Shown here one piece after another: positions 26,295 to 39,788 of a stretch of DNA of 57,049 nt; the stretch's first letter is position 1, and every line of letters starts with the position of its first letter. A model generated the notes under the pieces. That model was not told where the DNA came from, searched no databases, and saw only the letters and a list, made by a program, of their open reading frames with translations. The DNA comes from Vicugna vicugna (Eukaryota), in the NCBI GenBank assembly GCA_013265495.1, contig MU058665.1, forward strand, positions 1 to 57,049. Direction: 5' to 3'. The position numbers and the translations under genes were made by a program.

Positions 26295-27577
26295 GTGTGC
26301 ATCCATATAATCCAGAATAAGCCTCCCATCAAACATCCTCACTTAATGACACCTGAAGAGCCCCTCTGGACACGTAAGACCGTATGTTCACAGGTTTTGG
26401 GGATTAGGATGGGAACACCTGCGGGGCCCATCGTTCTGTCTACAGTAGGCTCCAGCTAAACCAGCGCCCTCACTTTTCAGGTGAAAAAAGGACAGAGTCT
26501 TTGTGACTCATAAGGGTCACCAGAGCAGTTTAATGGCAGAGCCTGGAATGCAGACAGCTTGTACAGCTATCAGGGAAATTATCTTTCCATGACCAAGACT
26601 AATTCTAGAGAAATATAAGTCTTCTAATGTTTTCCCAGTACATTAGAGCTACCTTCTGTGTAAGGTAATACTTAGTCAACAGTAACGTCTCTGTTAGAGT
26701 TTTCCCTTAACTGAGTTTTACATATTTCCGAATAAATTCACGTTTGCCCTACCAAAATATAACAGGATAAAACCTAGCAAATTTGTACTCTGTACTAGGT
26801 TCCGCACCATTTAGACAGTATTTTTAAATAGAAATACTTAGGTTAAATGCACAATGTTCCATTATAATAACTAACTACTCTTTTCTTCTTTGGTTTCCAT
26901 GAGCAAGTCCATGATGTGGACCATCTAGTAAGTGTGCATCCATATAATCCAGAATAAGCCTCCCATCAAACATCCTCACTTAATGACACCTGAAGAGCCC
27001 CTCTGGACACGTAAGACCGTATGTTCACAGGTTTTGGGGATTAGGATGGGAACACCTGCGGGGCCCATCGTTCTGTCTACAGTAGGCTCCAGCTAAACCA
27101 GCGCCCTCACTTTTCAGGTGAAAAAAGGACAGAGTCTTTGTGACTCATAAGGGTCACCAGAGCAGTTTAATGGCAGAGCCTGGAATGCAGACAGCTTGTA
27201 CAGCTATCAGGGAAATTATCTTTCCATGACCAAGACTAATTCTAGAGAAATATAAGTCTTCTAATGTTTTCCCAGTACATTAGAGCTACCTTCTATGTAA
27301 GGTAATACTTAGTCAACAGTAACGTCTCTGTTAGAGTTTTCCCTTAACTGAGTTTTACATATTTCCGAATAAATTCACGTTTGCCCTACCAAAATATAAC
27401 AGGATAAAACCTAGCAAATTTGTACTCTGTACTAGGTTCCGCACCATTTAGATAGTATTTTTAAATAGAAATACTAGATTGAATGCACAATATTCCATTA
27501 TAATAACTAACTACTCTTTTCTTCTTTAGATCATCTTTGGTTTCCATGAGCAAGTCCATGATGTGGACCATCTAGTA
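26295..27577. repeat. Tandem duplication of a ~637-bp unit (26295-26931 and 26932-27577)
   Basis: gtgtgcatccatataatccagaataagcc at 26295 and 26932; both copies end ccatctagta. Confidence 0.95.
26653..26690 (-). pseudogene. Relic A exon: DVTVD*VLPYTE (second copy at 27290-27327)
   Basis: Acceptor ctctaacag; donor AAG|gtagct; 38 bp, phase 2>1. Confidence 0.45.
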
Positions 27578-28737
27578 TATGAGGCACTGAGTTAGATGCT
27601 CAAACAAGTCAACCTACTTGCTCCTGATCTAATTCTAACTTCAGTCCGATGATGGCCATTCACCAACTAGGAAACTGAGTCTCAGACATGCTAAGAAAAC
27701 TGACATAGGTCCCTCAACTAGTATGTGACCTAGGTGTTTAAACTCAGGATTTCTGATGAATATAACATCTATTGGTGGGTGAGGCAAACTCAGTGAAGCA
27801 GTGAATATTAGATCATTTCCTTTCTTCTTCCCCCTGTTTTATAAAATCACCTCAATTTAAGGAAATAAGTTAAATCACCTCATGTGGTATCACTTATATG
27901 TGGAATCTAAAATATGACACGAACAAATTTATATGTGAAACAGAAACAGACTCACAGACATAGAAAACAAGCTTAAAGTTACCAAAGGGGAAAGGGGGTG
28001 GGGAGGGGTAAACTGGGAGTTTGGGATTAACAAATATACACCACTATATATAAAATAAACAACAAGATCTTGCTATATAGCACAGGGAACTATACTCAAT
28101 ATCCTGATAGTATTTTTAAATAGAAATACTAGATTGAATGCACAATATTCCATTATAATAACTAACTACTCTTTTCTTCTTTGGTTTCCATGAGCAAGTC
28201 CATGATGTGGACCATCTAGTATATGAGGCACTGAGTTAGATGCTCAAACAAGTCAACCTACTTGCTCCTGATCTAATTCTAACTTCAGTCCGATGATGTC
28301 CACTCACCAACAAGGAAACTTTCAGACATGCTAAGAAACCTGACATTGGTCCCTCAACTAGTATGTGACCTAGGTGTTTAAACTCAGGATTTCTGATGAA
28401 TATAACATCTATTGGTGGGTGAGGCAAACTCAGTGAAGCAGTGAATATTAGATCATTTCCTTTCTTCCTCCCCTTGTTCTATAAAATCACTTCAATTTAA
28501 GGAAATAATTTAAATCACCTCATATGATATCACTTATATGTGGAATCTAAAATATCATGAATGAACTTATTTGTGAAACAGACTCACAGACATAGAAAAC
28601 AAACTTAAAGTTACCAAAGGGGAAAGGGGGTGGGGAGGGATAAATTGGGAGTTTGGGATTAACAGATACACACTACTATACATAAAATAAACAACAAGAT
28701 CTTGCTATATAGCACAGGGAACTATACTCAATATCCT
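27451..28737. repeat. Tandem duplication of a ~655-bp unit (27451-28105 and 28106-28737), more diverged
   Basis: gatagtatttttaaatagaaatactagattg at 27451 and 28106; each copy carries an L1 3' fragment. Confidence 0.95.
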
Positions 28738-28905
28738 GTAATAATCTATAATGGAAAACAATATGAAAAAGAATATACATAAAATTATATAATATATATA
28801 AGCATATAATACATATAAAATATATATACAATTTAATCACTTTGCTGGACACCAGAAACTAACACAAGATTGTAAATCAACTATACTACAATAATAAATA
28901 AACAA
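28515..28905 (+). mobile_element. L1 3' end (partial copy at 27875-28105)
   Basis: atatgatatcacttatatgtggaatctaaaa...ccagaaactaacacaagattgtaaatcaactatac. Confidence 0.9.
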
Positions 28906-29149
28906 GGAAATATGTTAAAAACAATACGTGTAATACCTTATGATTCCTAAAGCATCTTACATATTAGATCCATGAGATGACGTACACAGAAACGCAGCTG
29001 GAAGCAGACAAGCACAAATGAGTATAAATAAATAGTGGGAATAAAAAGCTGACAGGCAGATAATCACATCTGTTTGTATCCACACAACTGCTCACGGCCT
29101 TGTGTTTAGTGCATGTCCATCCTGGAAAACCCAGAGGAGAGGTGCTCAG

Positions 29150-30450
29150 GAGCTGGTGAGCTCTTTGTCCTGAACCCCTGCGGCATCTGAGCACCCCCGC
29201 TTGCTAAAGAGGACGACAAATGAGAAGCCGAGATTTCCTGCCGCAGGACCGCAGCAACCCCGTGAATGTTCTGTCACGAAACACTCAGCGGGATGACACA
29301 GCTGAGGCTGCTCCCTCCCAGTCCCGGCGGAGCACAGGACGGACGTTTGCTCACACGTGGGACCCCGGGGGGAGCCCAGGGTCTGCTCTGCCTCCCGCCG
29401 CTCCCCGCTCCCGGGGTGCTGCAGGCCGGGGCTGCTGTCCTGACACCGCCTGCCCCTCCTCCCAGGTCCTCCCTCCTCGTCAGATCACAGGGCCTGCTTC
29501 ACTCTAAGGACAACAGTCCAGAAACACGTTCTCCACGCCGCACAGGAGAGCACCTAGTTTTCCTCTCCGTGAGACCCTCCCGAGGAGGTGGTCCTGTCTG
29601 CATTTCGGTCATTATCACTCCCACAGGTGGGCCCGGTTTTTCCCCCCTGTATGAAACTGTCAGCTTCCACTGTCACCCATGTCTTGGCCCGGGATTGCCT
29701 GCTGGTGAAACGACTTCTTCTCCAGCGCAGGAACCGTTCGGCAAGGATGGGAGAGAGAAGTCCACGAAACCACTTCCTCTCGCCCGGCATCTTCTAATGC
29801 AGCTCTAAGAAATCTCACTTTTTATGAACCACGCCTCTCCTTTCAAATGAGAGATCCAGCGAGGAAGTCGGCCTATGTGAATGTTTCATGTATTTGGAAA
29901 ACAGAAACGCCAGCGCAGACCCGCGGTGCACCGGAATGAACGCAGTGAAGCCGGAGGGAGGGTTGTCTGGCTTTGGTACTGACGGGGTGCTGTTCAAACC
30001 AACGAAAAGAATGACTTACAAGCTGCCTCTGGGGGCCTGACGTGAGAAACCGGTCAAGGGTTCCAGACTGTCAGGTAAGGTCTAACATTTCAGGCCCCGC
30101 CTTGATCTCTCCGAGCCTCACGGGGCTCCGAAGCCGCCCCGCGCGCTGCCTGCCCGGCCGGGGGCGCCGCCCACCCCGTGCGGGAGGCCCCCGCGTCCGC
30201 TGGGCAGCTGCTCTCCGCCGGTCACCAGCCTCCTGGCCTTCGCTTCCCCGACAGCCCGCAGAATTATGCAGACAAGGCAGCCACGCCCTCCCGTATAAAG
30301 CAGGGAGCGCCTCTCCTCGTCGCTACGAGGCCTGCCTCCCACAGCCCGAGGGGGTCGCTCCGCTCTGGGGCGCAGCCCGGGCGTGTCCCCGCGCGGCACG
30401 CGGTGTCCTCCACCCCCGGAATGTGAGTCTACGTGACACAGCACCTGCTG
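29150..30450. promoter_or_regulatory. CpG island / GC-rich island
   Basis: Abrupt GC- and CpG-rich stretch in AT-rich context; GC box ggccccgcc near 30093, TGACGT near 30038, TATAAA at 30294-30299. Confidence 0.7.
29803..29975 (+). pseudogene. Relic B exon: LRNLTFYEPRLSFQMRDPARKSAYVNVSCIWKTETPAQTRGAPE*TQ*SRREGCLAL
   Basis: Acceptor cttctaatgcag; donor gtactg just before the LTR; phase 1>0. Confidence 0.4.
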
Positions 30451-30555
30451 GGAATCTCAGCTGCCCAGTGTTAGTGCCATGTGTCTGGCCACCTCATACT
30501 ACCCAGGGCAGGTCTCCCGTCCTCACCAATGGGTGAAGAGGAGGCGATCGGAACA
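29991..30555 (+). mobile_element. Old ERVL solo LTR (MER54/MER73/MER74 group), strongly GC-shifted
   Basis: Inverted termini TGTTC...GAACA; internal TATA; 3' end cctcaccaatgggtgaagaggaggcgatcggaaca resembles this LTR group as I recall it; 5' boundary less certain. Confidence 0.6.
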
Positions 30556-32184
30556 CAAGCCCTTATCTGTGCGAAATCCACAGTTTTGAGAGCAAATCTT
30601 TGTAAAGATAACTTTTTAATTGAAAAATTAATCCCTTGCTGTCATCAGGAGAGTGTCTAGGTAAAATGTGTACATCAACATCCAGGAATAACACACCAGC
30701 GTTCGTGTAACCACAGCGCTCGGCAAGAACACATCAGGCAGAGGTGTTTAGTAGGTGTTAGGTAATGACAGGGGGCACAGAGACAAAAAGGAATAAACAA
30801 ATAACTAACCAAAAAGAGAGGGGGGCCTTGCACAGACCATCTGCAGTAATGTGCCATGAAGTGAGGACAAACTCTCCCTGTTTCAGAATCCCTTGCCCCC
30901 AGAAAAGCAGTCATTCATGCGCACAGTGTGTGTGCATGTTTAAAAGGCTGTTTGTGTTCTATTTGGGGAACCTATTTATTTTTGTACATTAGTCTTGTGA
31001 TCATTAACTCCACTGACCCATTTTATGTTTTCCTACAGTGCTCAGTGTCATTTGCTAGACTAGGGATTTCCAGGAATGCATCTGATCATTTGTAAACAAT
31101 GCTAATCATCTTGTTACTTCCTTTCTCACATGTGTGTGTATTCATATTTCTTCCTCTTCTCTAATTGAAATGGCTGGTACATCTGGAGCAATGTTAAATA
31201 ATCAATGATCATGCCTCCCTTTTTGCCTGACTTTTATGAGATTGCTTCTAGTGCTTACTGATTAAGAAGGATATTGAATGTTGTTTTATAAATATTCAGT
31301 ATTATATTTAATCATGAAGCAGTAGAAACAATCCTACAGTCATGTCAAAGGAGTGTTTTATAAGATACGCTTTCTTTTTTGTAAACTAGGAATGGAGCTG
31401 TATTTTATCATATGTCATTTTTACATCTCCAGAATTAATTGTGTGGCTTTTCTGCTCCGACCTCTACTTAAAAGTGACAGATTCTTTCACTTATACTATT
31501 GTTCAGATGTGTAGCATATTTTATAATAGGAAATGCAAGCAATCTAATTCCGTAGCTGTTCTCAGATTAATGTGCTGTGAGCTATTAGCACGTGAACATG
31601 CAGCTTTAGTTAGAAAGAGATGACCAATGAACTGCCATGTCCTTCAGTGTGTGCTAGTCTCAATTCTTTCATTTTTGCCTCACTCCAGTGATCCCTTTGG
31701 GACACATGGCTCAGGTCTTGGTCACATCTCACTTTGATGACACATTTGTTTAACGCACAAGTTTTATTTCTCTGCAACCAGCAGCAAGCATTTCTCTTCC
31801 CCCAAGAGATGCTGTTTCGATGTCTTAATTTTGCCCTGACTATGAACTGCATGATCTATTCATCTGTGTTTATCTTATAAACTTTCTGCAATGCCACCAT
31901 GATTTATTTAGAAGTTGATGTTTTAGAGCAATTACTCTGAGAGAAAACCTGTAAACTCTGTGAAGGCAGAGATGGCATTTGCTGCATCTTCAGGGCCTTC
32001 CTAGCATAGTGCTTGGTACACAGAAGAGGGCCAATAAATATTTGATTTTTCCTGTTTGTATTTGTCTCGAAACATGGATTTTCATTAGAGGTTATATGGT
32101 TATATCATAAGAAAACACTCATTTTATAGGAAACTCTGTCCCCTAAATGCTATAAAAAATACTGTAAGAATAATGCTGCCCTCC

Positions 32185-32480
32185 ATTTATTTTTCCCAGC
32201 TTTACCAAGATGTAACTGACATCCAAGATTGTGTACATTTAAGATGTCCAATATGTTGACTTGATACACATACATATCGTGCAAAGACTACCACCCTAGC
32301 ATTGGCTAAACCCCCTATCATCTCACATAATAAATGTTCTCCCCACAAAAAAGACATTTTTGAACATCCAGTCTTTTAGCCACGTTCAAGTATGCAGCAC
32401 AGCGCCGTTAAATACAAGCACCATGCTGTACACCGGGTTTGCCCAGACTTACTCATTTTCTAACTGAAAGTTTGTAAGGG
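32185..32480 (-). mobile_element. L1MA/MB-like 3' end
   Basis: tttttcccagctttaccaagatgtaactgaca...cagacttactcattttctaactgaaagtttgta. Confidence 0.75.
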
Positions 32481-34149
32481 CTTTACAAGTGCTTCCATGG
32501 CTTAATTAAGATTTCATTACTCTTTAAAGTAAACAAAGAATTTTCATACTTTACATCCACTGATTTTTACTCAGACCCTTAGAGGTGAGTACCCTTAGCA
32601 TTGGATTTTAAACATGAAACAAATGAACATCACAAAGATCAGGTGATTTACACCAAAGCACTGGCTCTGTAATCCCTTCAAAAATGCAGTTTTAAGTCCG
32701 AGATCTCTGGAACTTTCACTAAAGACTTATTTTTACAAAATGTCCCTTTTATATCCATCTCTAAACATCATATTTATAAGCAAATAACATTTAAAATAAA
32801 TTCTAAAGTCAATCAGAAAGCCAAGAGGATGGATAAGATCACAAAACAACAGCGTTTGGCCTGAGGGCAACCACATGGAGGAGAGAAAGTGTGTTTTTGG
32901 TAGAAAAAAGTGTCTTTTTAAGATGCTTTCATATTTAAAAAAAAGTATTGAACAATTACAGTGAAGAAAATCATCAGAAAAAATCAGGTAATAGATTTAT
33001 ATAAAAGGTAGAGAATACATTTTCATCTTTGCTTTCCTTCTATGTAGAGTAATTAGTATTTGGCATTTACAACATGTTCAAAAATGTTCTATTAATGAAA
33101 TAATAAATAATCATAATAATTTACTTCCAGGTTTATATAAAACATTTTGAAAGGCAAAGTAATTTTTCACAATGCGTTAAGTTCAGGTATTTTTTATAAT
33201 AAAAAAAAATCATTGCTCACTTAGTTGTAGTTAAATGTTCCTAAAATACATCACTTAAAAGTCAACTTTGACTTGTTTATTTTTGTTCTGAGGAAGGATA
33301 AATGCACAATACTTGCCAAGCAGAGTCTGAATTTTAACTCCTGAGTTTCTGTGACTTCCTTCTGCACTCCCAGTTCCTGGGGCTTATCTGAGGAATTAGA
33401 TCATCTCCCTATGTCTGTATCTCTTGATGTGACCTTTCTCTTACACCATGTACATCTCAGAAAGTAATATGTCAGTGGAAACCCAGACTCTGGAGCTCAA
33501 CAAACCTCACTCCAGGTGTGGAAATTAAATACAAATTGGGTACAACAAATAAAAGAGAGATTGGTGTCATTCTCTTTAGAATGCTATGAGCCCAGAGTTG
33601 GAAGGAAGTGTACACTCAGTCTATTCACACTGTAACATCCCACTGCGTCATCTGGCTTGTAATGATTGTTATTTATTTATTCATTTTGCTTCATTTGATA
33701 TTTTAAATTGCAGAAGAAATTCTTGCTTATTTTGGCAAGTCAAATAATTCAAAGTTAATAATCTACATTAAGTCCACACCTTCTTACAACATCAGTCCCT
33801 TGGAGTAACTAGTTATGTACCATTTCACATCCTTTTTTATGCTAGAACAAACCTCTACAGGCATACTCAGAATTATTTTCAAGTGTAAGTCATTCTGATG
33901 TTAAATGATTCTGACTTTCAGAAACTTCCTAAAAATTCTGATACTTTAGAAACAGATCCATTTAATTAATGCAGTAATTATTTTTAATAAGCTTCCTTTT
34001 TAAAGAATTGTGCCCTTTGACTTTATGCATAATCATGCTCAAAATAAAAGAAATGTAATTTAATTTATACAAAATACTAATTAACACAACTTCTTAAGGC
34101 ACAGTTTTTAAGATATATTAAGTAGAAGATATAATGCAAGTGTTTTCCT

Positions 34150-35710
34150 TAGAACTGTATAGTTTTATACTATACAATTAAATTTAGGATCAAGACAAAG
34201 ATGTCCCTCTCACTGCTCCAATTCAAGATTTTTTATATCAAGACAAGAGCTATAAAACAAGACTGCAATGGAAAAAAAAACTGGCAACTTTATTTGCTAA
34301 GTTACGATTATATAAAAGTCCAACTGAGTCTACACCTACATATTTAGAAACAATAAAAGTTCAGCAATGTTATTATGAAAGAAAAACATTCAAAAATCAT
34401 TTTTCTGCACACCAGCAACAACTGATTAGAACTTGTAATTAAAACAGATTGAAGTAGATAGTATTGTTAAGAGCAAAAAGGTATGAGACAACATTAAAGC
34501 AAATGTATGCAAAACCTACATGGAGAAAACTTTACTAAAAGATTAAGTAATTCCTGAACAAATGAAAACTGTCTATATTCTTGAGTAGAAAAAATAAAAT
34601 CTTATAAATGTTAATTATCCAGTAATTAATTTATAAAAATCAAAATCCAAACATTTTAACAGCAAAAATAAACAAATGGGACCTAATTAAACTTACAAGC
34701 TTTTGCACAGCAAAGGAAACCATAAGCAAAACAGAAAGACAATCTATAGAATGGGAGAAAATATTTGCAAACTATGAGACTGACAAGGGCTCCATTTCCA
34801 GAATATATAAACAGCTCATACAGTTCAATAACAAAAAAAAAACCAAACAATCCAAACATGGGCAGAAGACCTAAAAAAGTGATTCTCCAATGAAGACATA
34901 CAAATGGCCATTAGGCACATGAAAAAATGCTCAGTATCATTAATTATCAGAGAAATGCAAATCAAAACCACAATGAGGTATCACCTCACACCAGTCAGAT
35001 TGGCCATCATTCAAAAGTCCACAAATGATAAACATTGGAGAGGGTGTGGAGAAAAGGGAACCCCTCCAACACTGTTCGTAGGAATGTAGCTTGGTGCAGC
35101 CATTATGGAAAACAGTATGGAGATTCCTCAAAAAAAACTAAAATAGACCTACCACATGATCTAGCAATCCCACTCCTGAGGGAGTGGAGCATTATCCAGA
35201 GGGAACTCTAATTCAAAAAGATACATGCACCCCACTGTTCATAGCAGGACTATTTACAATAGCCAGGAAATGGAAGCAACCTGAATGTCCATCAACAGAT
35301 GACTGGATAAAGAAGAAGTGGTATATCTATACAATGGACTAATACTCAGCCATAAAAAAGAATAAGATAATGCCATTTGCAGCAACATGGATGGACCTGG
35401 AGAATGTCATTCTAAATGAAGTAAGCCAGAAAGAGAAATAAAAATACCATATGCTATCACTCATATGTGGAATCAAAAAAAAAAAAGACACAAATGAACT
35501 TATTTACAAATGAACTTTATTTACACTCACAGATGTAGCAAACTTCTGGTTACCAGTCAAAAAAGAGGGGTGGGAAGGTATAAACTGGTAGTTTGAGATT
35601 AGCAGACACTAACTACTATATATAAAATAGATAAACAACAAGTTTCTACTGCATAGCACAGGGAATTATATTCAATATCTTGTACTAGTCTATAATGAAA
35701 AAGAATGTGT
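34150..35710 (+). mobile_element. L1 ORF2 C-terminus plus 3'UTR (younger, 34655-35710) next to an older L1 ORF2 fragment
   Basis: ORF 34904-35089 [32 protein letters not shown] is the L1 ORF2p C-terminal region. Confidence 0.93.
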
Positions 35711-38700
35711 TTATTCCAGCAGAAATTTCTTAAATGAGCCAACCACAAAAGAAACTGTTGATAAATTTGACTATAACAATAACTTCCCTGAATCAAAAGT
35801 TTATCTAGAGACACACAGAAGATTGTTAACCTAGACCTAGGAAACATACTCACTTGAACAAAAAAACCTGTATAAGACTGTGCATTGTAGAATTGCTTGC
35901 AATGCTGAAAGACTGAAAATAAAAACTCAGTGTCCATGTATATAAATTGCAGTGTATTTATATAATGTGATACTCAAAGCAAATAAATAAATTTTAGCTA
36001 AATGTTCAATTCAGGAAGTAACAAAAAATACTGGATGAAAAATCAAATTGCAGAAGGATATGTGCAGTATGGTACTATTTACATACAGTAATATCACAGA
36101 AAACAAAGACAATCATGTTTCTACACAGACAACTTAACAAATAACTTTACACTATAACCTAAAAGTTTAAAAATATTCTTGGGCACAATAAACACTAAAT
36201 TTAAGACAGAGATTTCTTTGGAGGTAGGAAAAAGTGGGATGAGAAAATGTTAACATTGGAAAGAGCCACAGCTGTTGAATGGTTCATCTGTATGTTTGAA
36301 GTTTTTCCTTAGGAAATCCAATACAGCAAAATTGTCCTCCATCCTTAAGGAGCTAATACCTATTGCCTAAACTGCACAGCAAATACTCAGCTTGTATTTA
36401 AGGATCCTACTGTGCAATATCACTAAATACTTAAAACTAAAATCACATTCAGCATATTTAGATTCCCAGAATATAAGAGAAACTCTAAAATCAAGACTCC
36501 TCTGTGAGGCTGGTGGATTTAGGTCTCTTACCATAAACTCAGCCCAGGGTATCTCTCCCACTCTCCTCCCAAACAAATTTGGCAAATACCTTGAATTACA
36601 AACCCTGGGCTCATGTCTGTGGGCTTCAACTTACTCACCATACCCCCAAATCTAATCCTTCGCGTATTCAGGCTTAGATACCCAAGCAAAGGGTATCTGA
36701 ATGCCTTCTGCCATAATTTCCTTCCTCTCCTATTTATATACCTCGGACACAACATTATGAAAACCCCACATTGTTGTGCGGTGGTTCTCAACCATCTGTG
36801 TGTCTGACATTAATGGATACTGGACTTCGGGTGGCAAAGGCAAGGGAATTAAACACAGTTCACATTTAATATATTTTTCACTTGATGGCCCTTTACCACT
36901 GTTCAAATAGGCTTCTTGAGAGCCCCGCCTGCACTAGCGTACACTCCCCAAAGCCCTCAGATGTTTTCATTAAACCTACAGTTTCCCTGAACTGCTGGCC
37001 TGACACTGCATCATTCCATTTGTCCATTCTGCTTTTCAGGTTTCGTCATGTGTGTGTGCGTACACATGTGTATGTATGTGTATATGTATACATCTATGTA
37101 CATGGCATACGCAGAGGGGTATGTGTGTTATACTGAAGCAAAAATAAAATGATTAGAATATAAGGTGCCTGTTATAACAGCATGTGACAGGAGAGAGAAA
37201 AATTATAAGAAACATTTACCTAACCCAAAGATATCTATCTAACTGGACAGATAGTCACAAATCTACATCAAAATCTATTTTAACTCAGCACTCAGTAAAT
37301 AATTATTAATTTATAGGGGCTTTAAATCATACTATTTTGCAAAAGACACATCCTTCTTTAATTTATCAGGTCTTTAAATATTTTAAGACATTTCTTCATG
37401 CTAAACCTAGTCCAACGCAGTTCCCACTTCCACCAAAACAAAACGAAATGTCAAAGACACTTTTGAATTTTCTATCCTTTCTGTTCCAAGAGTTTCTGTT
37501 TATCCAACTCCAACCAGAGTCTTTCCCTTCTAAGCTATTTTTTAGTGTCTACATTAATTTCCTAATATTATATTTACTTCTAATGGTGAAGATTTTATAT
37601 TTTGGAGTCAGAATACCTGGATTTGAGTGGAGTTTCTGCAAATTCCTGTCTATGAAGTCAAACCTCATTAAATCTCAATTTCCTCAACTATAATATGGTG
37701 ATAAAATGATACCTACTTCAGAGGATTGCCATGTGAGTAAAGTAATACCCTTAAATTTTTAGACCATGTTTACCATTTAGTCAATACTCAATAAAAACTA
37801 GATACTATTTTTAGCACGGGCACAGTGTCCCCAACTATCACTGGAAAAAGCAGGTTACTCTTATAATCTGCAAACAGAGCTATATTCCTTGTCCAGTCAC
37901 TTTGGTTGTCAACATAAAAACACAGTTCATGCATCCAGTATCTAGCAAAATCTTCTCCCTCTACGTTTAACAGTACTCAACTTTTGTCCATATGGCCAGA
38001 TTACCTATTAGCATTCCATTGCTGGTCAAGTTCTCAGAATATTCTTTCTATTGAAGTCTACAAAAGTAGACTTTGTCTGGTTTTGCTCACCAGAATGTAA
38101 AGCCACAGAAGCCAGAACCATGCCTGTTATATTTACCAGAATCTGGAAAATTCACCACTATCACAGGTAGGGCTTCGGTGTGTGAATTCAATGAGGTTAG
38201 GGAGCTTGTATGAATTACTCACTGCAGAATCTCTAGTATCCAGAACAAATCTGCATTTGAATATATAGAATTTGGAAACTGTGAAATAATATGGTTAAGA
38301 GACTCAGCCTATCTGGTTCTGATAGGCTTGGTTGTCTTATATGCAAAGTAGAAGTTATAATGCTGCCTGTCTCGCAGGGTACTGTAGTAAATGAGATTAA
38401 CACACAGATAGCACTTTGAACTAGCCTTGACACGAGTACTCAGTAAAGACCACCATCACCATTGTGATTTTATTATGAAATACTGAAGGAGCATTTTTCT
38501 ATATAAATGGAATGCCTTCAAAAATAGGATTAGAAAAATCTTAGTTTATCACTAAGAAACTATGGAGCTCAATTTTTTGAAGCAGGGAGAAAAAATACAA
38601 ATGGTCCATTAAAATATAAGATTTGTTAAATCTTCAAAAGACATTTCAAGACTTCAGCTTGCTGCCATGATGTAGCAACAGGGACTGGATTTATCTCCCA

Positions 38701-39404
38701 CCTTAAACAACGAAAGGACTGGAAAAAATATATAAAGTTATGCTTTTCAGACATTGGACATCAAGACAGTAATTCCTGAAAGAAACTGAAAAAGAGAAAG
38801 AAAAATTGTCCTAACTTACTCGTGTCCCCAGCCTTCAATGCAGGAAGAACCACTGGTGGTCCCTTGGGGTCAGAATACAGAATTCAGAGACTAAGGAGGC
38901 CCAGGGTTCAAGGATGCATTCACACTTAAATGGTGCAGATACGACCAGAATACTCTATCATTAGCTCCCTAATGTCTAAATGATAAATAATATAGGAATG
39001 ATAATAGCCAGATATCATGTCTTTGTCTCATTTAAAAATGCATATTAGGGGCTTTAACTTTATATAGAATTATACATCTCAGGAGACAAATGAATAAAGC
39101 TAACATTTCTTCTGTGTAATACTAAATTTGATTTCTGAACAAGTATATGACTATTGCTGATGATAACCTACTCTGAAGTGGTTAGAAAAATAGAAAGTCA
39201 GTCTAAATCACAGTAATTCAGCTAATGAATTGCTCTTTCAAATCACTCTTGCCCAGACAGAATCTATAGTCTATTCTAAGTAGTCAAGATTCATTTGTCC
39301 TTGATAAACAACACTCACAGAAGACGGACCATCAACCTAAATATTACCGGTGTCCTCCAAACAGGAGGCTGCAGTGAAGCAGACACCATGTGTGAAAGCG
39401 TTAC

Positions 39405-39484
39405 CTGATTATATGTGGAAAGGGAAATACTAATGGTTACAAGAACAATTTGCTCGAATGCAATGAATTCAAACCTATCTTCAT
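39405..39484 (-). pseudogene. Relic A exon: MKIGLNSLHSSKLFL*PLVFPFPHII
   Basis: Acceptor ttttatcctatag; donor CAG|gtaacg; 80 bp, phase 0>2. Confidence 0.55.
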
Positions 39485-39788
39485 CTATAGGATAAAATTA
39501 CGGTCAAACATTTCCAATACTTGCTAATCTGTACATCAAGAGAAATTAATGATCTTTAATTAAGTTTTTTCACTTTCTACTTGTATGAGTTAATCTTCAT
39601 TAAACCTGTCTTAAGGGACTATTAGGAATGAACTTACAATCAAAAAGAATTAGAATCCAATAATTTCTCAAGTTCTTCTCCCCATTAAATGCAAAAAGAA
39701 ACACATTGTTGAAAGTAACTGTATTTTACTTTTTTATAACGTTTTCTCTAGGAAAAGAATGTACATTCATAAAAAGGAAGATTCTTAC

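Larger units (their letters stand above)
21547..26636. repeat. Tandem duplication of a ~2.37-kb unit (21547-24270 and 24271-26636)
   Basis: Both copies start aagactagggtcagcgtaccgagg and end ctaatgttttccc; near identical; the ORF track shows paired ORFs. Confidence 0.97.

Noticed and set aside
21547..28737. CRISPR-like or programmed repeat array
   Set aside because: These are long direct duplications in mammalian DNA with no repeat-spacer structure.
29976..30074. Extension of the relic B exon to the strong donor at 30074
   Set aside because: It lies within the putative LTR, which would postdate the ancestral exon; the donor at 29975 lies before the LTR and fits the phase chain.
29220..30536. 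Long ORFs (180 aa, 164 aa and others) in the GC-rich island as real genes
   Set aside because: Pro/Arg/Gly/Ala-rich, open in several frames on both strands as expected from high GC, and partly inside an LTR.
34904..35089. Host CDS
   Set aside because: It is an L1 ORF2p C-terminal fragment.
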